Virus genome (UHGV): UHGV-0214148
Reading direction: 5' to 3' (one strand)
Length of the DNA stretch: 64,000 nt
Source: a virus
The position numbers and the translations under genes are program-made. Below the pieces are notes generated by a model that was given only the letters and a program-made list of their open reading frames with translations, had not been told where the DNA came from and made no database searches. How positions within the stretch are numbered: the stretch's first letter is position 1; every line of letters starts with the position of its first letter. Below, piece by piece: positions 1 to 9,867 of the stretch.

Positions 1-171
1 GCTTTCCTCTTTTAACGTCTCTAAATGCGCCTCAACGCGTTTTACGTGGAGCTCAAGTGCTTGTGGGTCTGTTACGAAAGTATAGAATCTGTCATCACGA
101 CGTAAGCTACACAGAATCCATAAGGTGAAGGGGTCACGACAGACTTTGATAAGTTCTTTTGGCCATTCCAT
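1..171 (-). CDS. hypothetical protein, partial (N-terminal 57 codons; gene continues beyond window start)
   Basis: Open frame from ATG at 171 to window edge with no stop; in-frame stop just upstream; start abuts stop of gene 173..562. Not in ORF track because truncated. Confidence 0.35.
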   Translation of the reverse strand, partial: MEWPKELIKVCRDPFTLWILCSLRRDDRFYTFVTDPQALELHVKRVEAHLETLKEES

Positions 172-172
172 C

Positions 173-562
173 TTAGCTACCTACGCTAGAGAGTATCCAA
201 TTGCTTTTGATAGCGTTAATTTGTTTAACTGATTCCCGAATGCCTTCAAACATTTTGATGCGCTCTGGCGTAGTAAGACATTGTTTAAGGTCTTTATCGA
301 GAGAGAACAACATTGCCAGTTTTGCAAGCGAAACACTCAAGATATCAGACAATTCGTTGTTTCTACGCCACTCTGGGTTATGGACGATAGTCACTAGAGG
401 ACCGATATCTTCACAAGAACATTCTTTGTTCAGTAGTTTGTCACGTTGCTCGCACAGATAAGTTTCATCTGTAATTAATCGTTCCAGGTCATCTTGACGT
501 GTGATAGCACGAGTAGAAATCATTAATACAACAAACGGGTCTTTAAATAATTCGTTTTTCAT
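173..562 (-). CDS. hypothetical protein; paralog of 58680..59051
   Basis: 129-aa ORF; N-terminus MKNELFKDPFVVLMI is identical to that of ORF 58680..59051; strong SD (AAAGGAG) upstream. Confidence 0.7.
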   Translation of the reverse strand: MKNELFKDPFVVLMISTRAITRQDDLERLITDETYLCEQRDKLLNKECSCEDIGPLVTIVHNPEWRRNNELSDILSVSLAKLAMLFSLDKDLKQCLTTPERIKMFEGIRESVKQINAIKSNWILSSVGS

Positions 563-615
563 TCTTAATACTCCTTTAGGTTAAACAGTCGAATAGCGTG
601 TAATTCTACAACGCT

Positions 616-640
616 CACCTAAGTAAAATATATCTAAGAT
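616..640. promoter_or_regulatory. AT-rich promoter-like motif CACCTAAGTAAAATATATCTAAGAT
   Basis: Near-identical copies at 59101 and 63484; lies between a terminator hairpin and the start of gene 173..562. Orientation unresolved. Confidence 0.4.
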
Positions 641-668
641 AATTTTCAATAGGGTTAAAATAAAGGTG

Positions 669-697
669 GGCTAGTCTATTCGATGAATAGACTAGCC
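669..697 (-). terminator. stem-loop terminator (GGCTAGTCTA / TAGACTAGCC)
   Basis: 10-bp perfect stem; A-rich tract on plus side gives a U-run on the minus transcript; downstream of gene 706..1257. Confidence 0.55.
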
Positions 698-705
698 GAA
701 TGGTT

Positions 706-1257
706 TTACTGCACGCACAAAATCTGACCTGAGTATTCGAAGGGATTTTCTGCGAATGTTCTGAGTTGTCGGCAAATGGCGTCAACGTCAGGCTCATCCG
801 TCCGCGTATAGATCGCGGTCCCGTTCTTTAACACCCACTCACGGCAATTCCGGCCATAGTCATCCACTAACAATCTCCCCTTATCAGCGTAAGTCGCTTT
901 TTCTGCAGAGCTTGTGGTTACGATAACTTTGTGACCAGGCACACCAAAGTGTTTCTCGAAGAATAATTTTTTACACTCAACAACACGGTCGTGATCGAAA
1001 TGGTCTTCCGAACCCGACGTTAATATCGCCCAGCATTCCCCCAGACTTTCTACCGTTTCGAGGATTTTTGCAGCCTCGGGTATAGGGTCTAGTTTATAGA
1101 AAAGATCCGGGTCCTTTAAATACATTTCCCGGACCAGTGCACGGCGGTGCAATTCCGGCATTCCATGAAATTCTTGTATGGACATTCCTTGAAAGTGGTG
1201 GGTCAACACGTATTTACGCCAACTCGCGAACACGCCGTCACTATCTAAATTGAACAT
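706..1257 (-). CDS. HAD-superfamily 5'(3')-deoxyribonucleotidase-like protein
   Basis: 183-aa ORF; N-terminal DSDGV (HAD motif I, DxDx[TV]); size and layout resemble the NT5C-type nucleotidase family. Motif-level only. Confidence 0.5.
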   Translation of the reverse strand: MFNLDSDGVFASWRKYVLTHHFQGMSIQEFHGMPELHRRALVREMYLKDPDLFYKLDPIPEAAKILETVESLGECWAILTSGSEDHFDHDRVVECKKLFFEKHFGVPGHKVIVTTSSAEKATYADKGRLLVDDYGRNCREWVLKNGTAIYTRTDEPDVDAICRQLRTFAENPFEYSGQILCVQ

Positions 1258-1323
1258 TTTTGATTATCCTTTTTGTAGAAGTTCCTCCGACACAATAACG
1301 GTAGAAATTGTAAAATAAAAAAA

Positions 1324-1623
1324 TTAGGACTGCTTAATCGAAAGAATGAACCGAAACGGTTCAGTTAACAAGAGGTAAGTACGTGTAAAGTCGATTTCGG
1401 TACCGGCTTGACGCACATCGCAATAAAATTTCGCGATATCTTGTTGTGAAATACCTGCGACAATGTTGTTGACTTTACGTTTGGTGTCAAAACGTTCAGC
1501 GAGTATCGAAGAAAGCACTTCCTTTCCAGCATGCTCTTGAACGGCATAGATTGTTAGTGCTTTCAATTCCTCAGGCGTTAAAGTTTGCAAAGTCGGAGGT
1601 ATGGCAATGTTAACCACTTTCAT
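1324..1623 (-). CDS. hypothetical protein
   Basis: 99-aa ORF in minus-strand gene train. Confidence 0.45.
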   Translation of the reverse strand: MKVVNIAIPPTLQTLTPEELKALTIYAVQEHAGKEVLSSILAERFDTKRKVNNIVAGISQQDIAKFYCDVRQAGTEIDFTRTYLLLTEPFRFILSIKQS

Positions 1624-1672
1624 GCTTCCCTCACAATCGACAAATTCGGGTTGCAGACCATGAACTGGGCGA

Positions 1673-2311
1673 TTATGGAGTTACAGTGTATTCGTTTAAC
1701 GCAGCGTCAAAAATACCCCGAGAGATTTCTTTTGCATCAGAAATCGTAATCTGAGGTTCCCGTTCACTACACGCTACAGTAAGCTCGTAGAATGAACCAC
1801 CCTTTAATAGCTGGTTAGCATTCAAACGAACGTCTTGGTTAAGCGCTACTGCTAACGTGTGAGTGTATCCGTTGTTTGCCAGTCGAACTAAACGCAGTTC
1901 ACCGACCATACTGGGTTTAATTTCCCAGTTCGATAAGCGGTGAGGAACAATCCACACTTCATTAGCGCGGTAGGGTTCAGCCGACAGTTCTATCGAGGGC
2001 TGGACAACATCACGTTCGTCGAACCCATACAGATAAAAACGTGGCACAGCGGTTGTGGTTTCCGCAGGTGTAAAGTAGCGACGGACACCACGCAGGCAAC
2101 GTTCTAAATCGACAGAGCAGCAAATACGGGGTACCGTTTTGTCTTCGTCTCTGTAAACGCTATAAGGAATCCGAGGTGTGAAAACCGAAATCTTTCGATC
2201 GCTGATATGCAACGGGGCGCTATCTAACTTTTTCAAAGAAACTTTCTTTGCGGTGCGCGGCAGTTGTTGCTCTAACCACTTCACCAACGAAGGTTCAATA
2301 GTATCAGCCAT
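1673..2311 (-). CDS. hypothetical protein
   Basis: 212-aa ORF; stop immediately followed by start of the next downstream gene. Confidence 0.55.
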   Translation of the reverse strand: MADTIEPSLVKWLEQQLPRTAKKVSLKKLDSAPLHISDRKISVFTPRIPYSVYRDEDKTVPRICCSVDLERCLRGVRRYFTPAETTTAVPRFYLYGFDERDVVQPSIELSAEPYRANEVWIVPHRLSNWEIKPSMVGELRLVRLANNGYTHTLAVALNQDVRLNANQLLKGGSFYELTVACSEREPQITISDAKEISRGIFDAALNEYTVTP

Positions 2312-3115
2312 TTACCACTTCCCGTTACCTAAACCCATAACACGCAGGTTAGTTTTCTTATTAGCGATGGCCAGGTACTCCTGCGCTAACGCACGAACTT
2401 CACCACGACGAGATTCTGTCGCGATAGTAGACGTAGTGTTAGGATTTCGCAGAATGTCCTCCAGCGCCTGGAGGGAGACGCGACGGTCCAGCAGAACGCG
2501 TGTGGATTCTTGAGCCACCTTACTACCGCGTTGAATCGCAGAGTATTTGTTACAAATCTGCAACCCGTCTTCGATAACCCAGTCAAACGTTACCAGGCGA
2601 TCCAGGCGACGTGTTTTCACACCACCTACATAACCTTCACGTACGATTGCACGCAGAGAGAAACATACATTCTGGTGTGGGTTTTCGAGCGCTTCTGCTA
2701 AGTACGGACCACGTTCACGGTTCGGCTTAATCCAGCCCCAGATTTCCATAACTGGTAACCCGTTACAGGTTTGGTCGGTTGGAATCACTTCAACTTCACG
2801 AATGTGCATACAGACGTTTTTCGTCTCAATCCATTCGTTGCGATCGATCCATTGCGCTTCGGTCATACCGGGTTCTGGTGCCGGGTGATCTTCTTCCCCG
2901 AACAGATTCCCTGCTTTCACTTTACGCATAAAGATGTTCGAGCGTTCGAATACGTGCTTAGACTCGTTATAGGCGTAAAAAATCCCTTCCGAGTTAAAGA
3001 TATTCAAAGCACCCAATAGTACGCGGTAATAACCATCCGCGTCTTTCTCCAGTGTGGCTGGAGCGTTAACACCGGCTAACGCTACGCAGTTGTAACGCAG
3101 TGTTAAATTGTCCAT
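2312..3115 (-). CDS. hypothetical protein
   Basis: 267-aa ORF, directly abutting downstream gene (operon-like). Confidence 0.6.
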   Translation of the reverse strand: MDNLTLRYNCVALAGVNAPATLEKDADGYYRVLLGALNIFNSEGIFYAYNESKHVFERSNIFMRKVKAGNLFGEEDHPAPEPGMTEAQWIDRNEWIETKNVCMHIREVEVIPTDQTCNGLPVMEIWGWIKPNRERGPYLAEALENPHQNVCFSLRAIVREGYVGGVKTRRLDRLVTFDWVIEDGLQICNKYSAIQRGSKVAQESTRVLLDRRVSLQALEDILRNPNTTSTIATESRRGEVRALAQEYLAIANKKTNLRVMGLGNGKW

Positions 3116-3146
3116 TGTTTTCCCCGAGTAAAAGTAAAAGGTAAGA

Positions 3147-3881
3147 TTACCTCATAAACAAATCTTCGAGCGGTTCGGCACGCACCGGGTCAACCTGTAG
3201 CGCAGAACGAATACCACGTTTAAGTTCCACGTCCGCAAGCTTCGCCAGTCTCGACGTTTTGTTAAGTGAACCACTGCGCAATGGAATAAACTGCACAGGG
3301 TTGTTAAGATCGCTATCTTTCTTCAGCGTGTAACGGAAGAACGTTCTCGGATCACCCACTTTACGCTGCGTGTGCGCTGCGTAAACGTCAGCGGTAATCT
3401 GATCGGCAAATACAGTAAAACCGTTCCATTTCTTGACTTTATCAGGTGCCAAGAGTTCAGCATCATCCGCTGCAGTAAACCAGAAAGGACGATTACCAAA
3501 GTCGTAAATATACGACGCAATGTTGTAAATAGGGTGAGACAACACCTGTAAATTGCGGTTGGGGAAAACCACTGTACCGGGATCAAAACGAAATTCGTAA
3601 TAAGGAACACCAAAGACGTCGATCTCTTCAAACGCCGTTGGGGTAATCTCCATAAGCGTTGTCACGCTGGACACCCCATATGTTTTACGGTCGGTAGAAA
3701 TCGCAAAGATCCCTACAATTGTTACCGTAGAAGAAATAACCGCCAACTCTTTCGCCACAAACCCAACGGGGATGTAAATGTAACACCCCCCTTTGGTAGT
3801 GGTGACCGTGCCGTTATTTACCAAGTCCGCATGAACCTTAGTAGGGTCACGACGGGCTGTTTCAATCGCACTCACGATCAC
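3147..3881 (-). CDS. hypothetical protein
   Basis: 244-aa ORF. Confidence 0.55.
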   Translation of the reverse strand: MIVSAIETARRDPTKVHADLVNNGTVTTTKGGCYIYIPVGFVAKELAVISSTVTIVGIFAISTDRKTYGVSSVTTLMEITPTAFEEIDVFGVPYYEFRFDPGTVVFPNRNLQVLSHPIYNIASYIYDFGNRPFWFTAADDAELLAPDKVKKWNGFTVFADQITADVYAAHTQRKVGDPRTFFRYTLKKDSDLNNPVQFIPLRSGSLNKTSRLAKLADVELKRGIRSALQVDPVRAEPLEDLFMR

Positions 3882-3893
3882 CTCCTAAGCGCG

Positions 3894-5354
3894 TTAAAGT
3901 TTATCGACAAATACTGAACCTGCAATCCAGTTCAGTACATAGTCAATCATCCAACTGGTTGCGGCTTCTGCCGGGTCGGTGTTCTCAATCATCGCGGTAT
4001 GAATCGCACGCATCAGCGGATCAATTTCGTAGGCGCAGAATACGGCGTTACATGCAGTCCGGATGATAAACAACGTAATGTCTTCGTCTGCGTTGACAAA
4101 GAAATCATCACAAATCCCCATAACAACCTGTTTGACTTCTTCGCGAGTGCGCGTCAGTTCACCAACAGTCAGGTAGCCCTGGTCGAGCTGGTCGATTGCA
4201 ATCGAGAACGCAGTTTTCAGTGCCTGGCGGTTACGACTTACCCAGTCGAGTTCATTTCGTTTCTGAACGATAATTGCACGACGATTGTAAGCTTCAACGT
4301 AGGCTTTCTGGTTTTCCAGCAGAGACGCGACACGTGCGGAAACGTTATAGTCGCCTTCGTCCATCAGGTAAATGGCACCCAGCAGGGCTTCAACGATACC
4401 GCCTTTTTCCAGGTAGTCATCCATCGTTTCCTGACAGATATAGACGTTTTTCTCGTTGGTATCGTAAGAGTAAACGATGTTACCTGTGGCGACACGGTTA
4501 GCCACTGCTTTTTCAAAGCCGTATACCCAACCGATAGACGTGTAATAGGCACGACCCATTTCCGCTTTCCATTTCAGGGCGTCAACACCTGAGTCAGGCC
4601 ACGGACGTTCAATGAAGAACGAAGACAACAGCAGCACCAGAACACGTTCTTTTACCATTTCCGGTGCTTTATCTGCAACAGGTACGGTGTAGTTACCTGC
4701 CAGCAGCAGTTTTGCTGCATCGTACATGCTGAGGTTCAGGTCGTTCAGTAATTTACGCACCAGCTCATCGTACGCTTTTACACCTGTTTCCGGAATCTCG
4801 ATGTCGGTCGGTACATCGAACTTGATTGGGTCGTAAGTCGTACCGTTACCCATCGGGTTGGCGATTTCTTGAATCAGCGCCTGGACAACTGGGGAATCCA
4901 CACACGGATCGATACCTACCGGAATCAGGTTCCAGTCTTCGACCAACGGTTTGACATCTTCAATCGTGTTATTCTGGATAACCAGCTGCACAAACGGTTG
5001 AACAACGTTACGGGCAAAGTCCAGCATCCCGTTGCAACGCTGAATGGCCATGTTCTTCAGTTCGAATAACGTGGTTTCATGATCGTCAACACGCAGTGCT
5101 TCAACTTCAACAGCACCGTCACGAATAATCGAAGCTTCTGCCGTACCGTCTACAGGACGTTTAAGCTGCGTAATCGCGGGCAGTTCCTGGAAGAACTGTT
5201 CGTCGGTGATTGTGGTATCGAAAACGCGGGTAGGGTCGACCGCACGGTTGAGCAAATCAACCGGAGAGTCAACGTCTGTGCCAAGCTGAACATTATGCTG
5301 TTTGCACAGTTTCATGGCGTTAGTAACCGCATTCAGCGAGTATAAACTGATCAT
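3894..5354 (-). CDS. hypothetical protein (possibly virion-associated)
   Basis: 486-aa ORF; 4-bp overlap with upstream gene start; no recognisable catalytic motif. Structural role is a guess from position beside the RNAP block. Confidence 0.55.
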   Translation of the reverse strand: MISLYSLNAVTNAMKLCKQHNVQLGTDVDSPVDLLNRAVDPTRVFDTTITDEQFFQELPAITQLKRPVDGTAEASIIRDGAVEVEALRVDDHETTLFELKNMAIQRCNGMLDFARNVVQPFVQLVIQNNTIEDVKPLVEDWNLIPVGIDPCVDSPVVQALIQEIANPMGNGTTYDPIKFDVPTDIEIPETGVKAYDELVRKLLNDLNLSMYDAAKLLLAGNYTVPVADKAPEMVKERVLVLLLSSFFIERPWPDSGVDALKWKAEMGRAYYTSIGWVYGFEKAVANRVATGNIVYSYDTNEKNVYICQETMDDYLEKGGIVEALLGAIYLMDEGDYNVSARVASLLENQKAYVEAYNRRAIIVQKRNELDWVSRNRQALKTAFSIAIDQLDQGYLTVGELTRTREEVKQVVMGICDDFFVNADEDITLFIIRTACNAVFCAYEIDPLMRAIHTAMIENTDPAEAATSWMIDYVLNWIAGSVFVDKL

Positions 5355-5644
5355 TGTTTAACCTCTTTATTCGTGCTGATGTTCGCCTGAAGCATCGCGT
5401 ACAAACGCGCGCCCACCAGATCTGCGATATCACGTTTCAGCAGTTTCTGATCACCGATACGGTCAGACATTCCTGAGTTACCGCGAATCAGACCATGCAC
5501 AATCTCCGTTGCTAATTCGACAGTATTACCTAAAGACACGTAGTTGGTACGTTGAATGGGACTGTATCCCTCCACGTTTTGCTGGGTAATATTTTTCCCA
5601 GTCGGAATACCGTGTCGCTGTTTGATTTTATCTAGAATAGACAT
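5351..5644 (-). CDS. hypothetical protein
   Basis: 97-aa ORF, translationally coupled to 3894..5354. Confidence 0.5.
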   Translation of the reverse strand: MSILDKIKQRHGIPTGKNITQQNVEGYSPIQRTNYVSLGNTVELATEIVHGLIRGNSGMSDRIGDQKLLKRDIADLVGARLYAMLQANISTNKEVKQ

Positions 5645-5665
5645 TCTCTTCTCCGGAGTTTACAA

Positions 5666-5684
5666 GGGTGGGAGCGACCCACCC
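5666..5684 (-). terminator. stem-loop (GGGTGGG / CCCACCC) downstream of the RNAP beta-like gene
   Basis: 7-bp GC stem; weak U-run, so may be a stability or attenuating element rather than a full terminator. Confidence 0.3.
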
Positions 5685-5691
5685 CTCGAGA

Positions 5692-8600
5692 TTATTTAAG
5701 TGTCGCGGGTAAATCAGGCACAGCTTCCCCATCGAGTATACGCCCGATGAGAATCCCGGCTTGTTCACCTACAGCATTCGCGGTACCGATACGTTGGATT
5801 GAACCTACGATACGCGCATCGACGGAATCACGACCGAACAACACGTCCAGGTCATCACCATCCTCTGTTTTGTTATCCCCGTACATGACTTCTTGTACGG
5901 TGGTTTTTAGCTGGTTAGCAATAACCATCTTATCCGCAGCGGCCATCTCAACGTCGTGTGTAATAAAGAATCGAACACAAAGTGAGTTAAAGGCCAAGGG
6001 TACACCTTCGACACGGTAGTCGCCGTTTACACTACCTGAAACCGGATCACCGCGTCCGACTGCCAGTGCGGCTTTACGACGAATTCTGTCGTATTTACGC
6101 ACCAGCTCAGCAAGACTTGGCGTCATGTCTTCGGTTTCACCGTGATACACCACTTCGATTTTATCCACGATACCACGTACCCCTGCACGAGGTGCGTACG
6201 AACTTAAACTTTGCAACGTTGCGGCTGCTTCCTGACTAAAGGCACTCATATCGCCCGTCAAGTCGTCAGTAAACGTGCATAGGATTGTATCGACGTCTAC
6301 GTGGTCGCCCTCATTCACGATTTCCAAAAGCATCTGGTTGCTGTTAATCGTCACTTCTTTCAGCTTTGTTACCTGCCCCACCATTTTCTTCGCGAACCGT
6401 TCAGAAATTGCGTTGGAGTCTTCGATAACTTCTTCAGCTTCTAATAAAGCAACGGTGGCCAGCACCCCGTTTTTCCAGGAAACCTGAGTAGGATCGTAAA
6501 TATCAGGTTCAAAGTGTTGCTCGTTGTACGTAATCACTGCCCCGGCCGGGAGCTTGTCACCGGCTTTCCAGCGTGTTACCAAGGTGTGCGGATAGAAGGT
6601 ACCTTCGTGGGGGCCGAACCAGCGCCCTAGAGGAAAGGCTTCTTTACTTCCATCTTCGTACGTAATTTCAATGTGGTCTTTCGACAGACCAGTTATCTTA
6701 CCTGCTTTATCAATAACGCGTGCATGTTTCACCGAAGTACGGTGAGCGACGAATTTCTCCTGTTCAGTACGATACGGGGTTGTGGTTGCCCCATTACAAC
6801 TGGTGGCAGAACCTAACTGAATCCCAACGAAGTTCTGACGTTTTGCATCGTCCATTAACGTATCGGGTACTAACCCGTCAATAAACGAAAGAGTATCGCT
6901 TGGTTTCGGGGTTTTCTCTTCACGCTTAAACGTGGTACCGTCAACGGTGTCAAAACGTGGGTTATTGGTGACGAAAGCAGTAATCCCTACGTCGCCGTTA
7001 TCTACGGTGTTACCCGAGACTATCCCGATATCACTGGGTTGGAACTCACGTGTGTGGTAGACCATCGTTTTACGATTACGACCACCTGTACCCCCCATCG
7101 TAATAACGTCTTTTTCTTTAATTGACTGGATAGGGTTAGCGCCTGGTGCCAAAAGTACCGACGGGTCGGAGTTAATCGCACCCCAAACCATATCTTGCGT
7201 CAGTTCGAACTTACGGTTACTGCCCGGTGCGTTATTGTAGTTACGCATCGCTCTGACCATCGCAGTATAGATGTGGTAGGCAATCCTCTGATTTCCTAAG
7301 AACATCATTTCGTCGCCGTTAATCTCTGGTAAAGAGTGGTCAGTTTGTAACAGTTCGTTAGAACGTTCCAGCAAGCCAATAAAGGTTTCCGGCTCACCCA
7401 TTTTCCTGAGGATACGTGCGTGCATGTCGTCAACAAACGCGGACCGCATCTGTTTCAGCTCGTTGATGTACCGTGGCGTTAGGCCATCTGCTTCACGTAA
7501 TAAGTTCAGGTAAATGTCTTCGCGGTCTGCTTCTGATTCGGTATAAGCAACCAGGTGTTTGAGATAGCGATCCAAACCATGCAGAATCATCCTCTGCTGA
7601 TCGTTATCGCAAGTAACTAAAAGTTTACAGTCTTGTAGTCGAATAATACTGTCGTAGGCATTCTTATCAACACGTTGCCCTGCAGGAACCAACTCGTATT
7701 GGATACCGAAATGTTTCAACATTCCCTGGAGTCCAAGATAGAACGAGAAGATAAAACCAAGCGACAAAGATTTACCCATCAAAGACAGCTCGGTCATTTC
7801 GCGAGGCACTTTCTGGTTATTAAAGCCCAGTACCTCTGCGATAGTTCCCACCGGTTCAACTTTGTTTCCGTTCACACCGTAAAGCATGGATTTGTCATCC
7901 ATTGCCAGGATTGTTTCACTACGCGGACGTTTCGCCACTGGTAAAAGTTTGGCAGCATCGGCGTCTCTGAGTTGCTCGTCGTTAAAGAAGTTAACGGCTT
8001 CTTTGTAGTCGAAGTTCCACATATAGCCATTCGCATTAAAGCTGGCAATACGACGTGCAATCTCCGTATACTGACGAGGCAGATGTTGCGTAGGATCGAA
8101 CACATTTGCTAAACGTGCATCGGTGACTTCGGTGTTTGTCGGGTCAACGGCGCGTGTGATAATCGCGTTGGTTAACCAACGACCGTAATCGTTCGCGACC
8201 TTATCACTACGACGGACAAAGTTTTTACCGTAAGCGGTAGTCAGTGCGACAGTATCCGGTGCAACCTTACGAATCGGTAAGTCCACACGTTGGCGACGCA
8301 TGGTGTATTCGACACCATTAGCGACCCAAGTACCGTCCTCGGTCAAGCCTGGGATAGAGAAGCGAACGGTTGTTGGCTCACCGCCGACTGGCTGAACACG
8401 TAAAGTGTGATGCTCGATAGTTCCTGTAACAGAAACTTCTTTTTCCACCGTGTGGTTGTGAACCGCCAGACCCAAACGTTGTGAACTGGCGACCGCCGCC
8501 AGTACGTCTTTGGTCATCATGGTCTGGTTGTATTGTTTCACCATCTGGTCGGTGACGTTCTCTGCCCACCCTTCATCGGTAACAAGCCGCTGAACTTTTT

Positions 8601-9858
8601 TCGGTTCGGCTTTAACGACAATATCTTTCTCGTGAACAGTCAGTGCTTCCCCGTAGGTTTCTTTCGGGTTATACGGGTTAGGTAGCTGAACGAAACGTTT
8701 AGACGATTCTGACAGGAACTGATATGCTTTAGAACTTAAGCGGCCCGCTTCAGCTAAGCGTTGTGCTTCCTGTTTAATAATCTCGTCATGTGGAATGACT
8801 TTCTCGACGACGATGGTCGTCGGTTTGACGTCTTCCTTCGGTTCTTCAATAACAACGTCTTCTTTTTCATCGAAGGTGTTATCGGACTCCACCACAGCGT
8901 CATTAACAACATCGTCATCGTCGACAACATCAACGGTTTCTTCTTCGACGTCTTTAAGGAAAACACGCTCGTCGCCTTCAGGCGTTAGGAATTCAGCTTC
9001 GTACGCGTTAGACGGTGCTTGTGTCATTACACGCACCAGCGTACGGTAGAACATCCTGGCCATTTGGTCATCACTTAAACGACCGCCGGACGACTTACGC
9101 ATTTTCTCTACAACACCCATGTTCATGGACGTAAAGCCCGTGTTGTGGGTGAAGATAAAGTTCATTCGTGACAGCTGAGTTAAATCCATTCCCGAGAATA
9201 AGGAATCGGATTGTTTTCCATAAGCCCAAGCAAACAACTCCAATAACCACAGCAAGTTAAAGTCCTGGAACTTCTCAATCTTGCTCTTAACGCGGTCGTT
9301 ATAGGTTGTTTGAAACTTCTGGAACGAAGGTAGAGTCGAACCCAGCTCAATAACGAAATAGTTCTGACGCATGTATTCTTGCGTGTCGTATTTGAACTGG
9401 TTAATCATCAACAGTTGGATGTTACGCAGTCTATCGTACCAGGCTAACTGGGTATCAGGATAGTAGTAGTGCGACAACATCGGTGTGTAGTTCTCGACCA
9501 GGAGAACTTTTAAGTCTTTGCGAACCAGATCGTCTGAGGTAAGACGACGCATTGGTCGGTTTGCACGGTGGTAAGCAAAGATAGCACGTTCTTGACCCTG
9601 AACAGGTTTGTTGCGCGGATGACCGCTAATACCGTCTTCCGGTAATTTAAAGTGGTGACGAACCTGTGCAGGTTTTTCTAACGGTTGAATAATCTCGAGT
9701 GTTGCAGGTGGCGCTAATACCACCTGGTCGAGATCAATGACATGGAGTACAGAACCACGTGGTATCTGTAGCTTCTCGAGCGGGATAATCCTCGGATTAC
9801 CAAACTCGTCAGTTTTACGCACCGAGAAGCGTTGGTTAAACTGTTTAATGAGCAGCAT
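5692..9858 (-). CDS. multisubunit RNA polymerase beta-subunit-like protein (N-terminal/central portion)
   Basis: 1388-aa ORF. [19 protein letters not shown] resembles bacterial RpoB [34 protein letters not shown] resembles FLEHDDANRALMGANM (bacterial sequences quoted from memory). Contains an acidic insertion ([12 protein letters not shown]). Adjacent to the beta-prime-like gene. Confidence 0.6.
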   Translation of the reverse strand: [1388 protein letters not shown]

Positions 9859-9867
9859 TGCTTAGCC

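Noticed and set aside
3999-4592. 197-aa plus-strand ORF (and similar plus-strand ORFs such as 201..461, 2178..2513, 4869..5345)
   Set aside because: Lie entirely antisense within longer minus-strand genes that have SD sites and coupling; no SD of their own. Treated as shadow ORFs.
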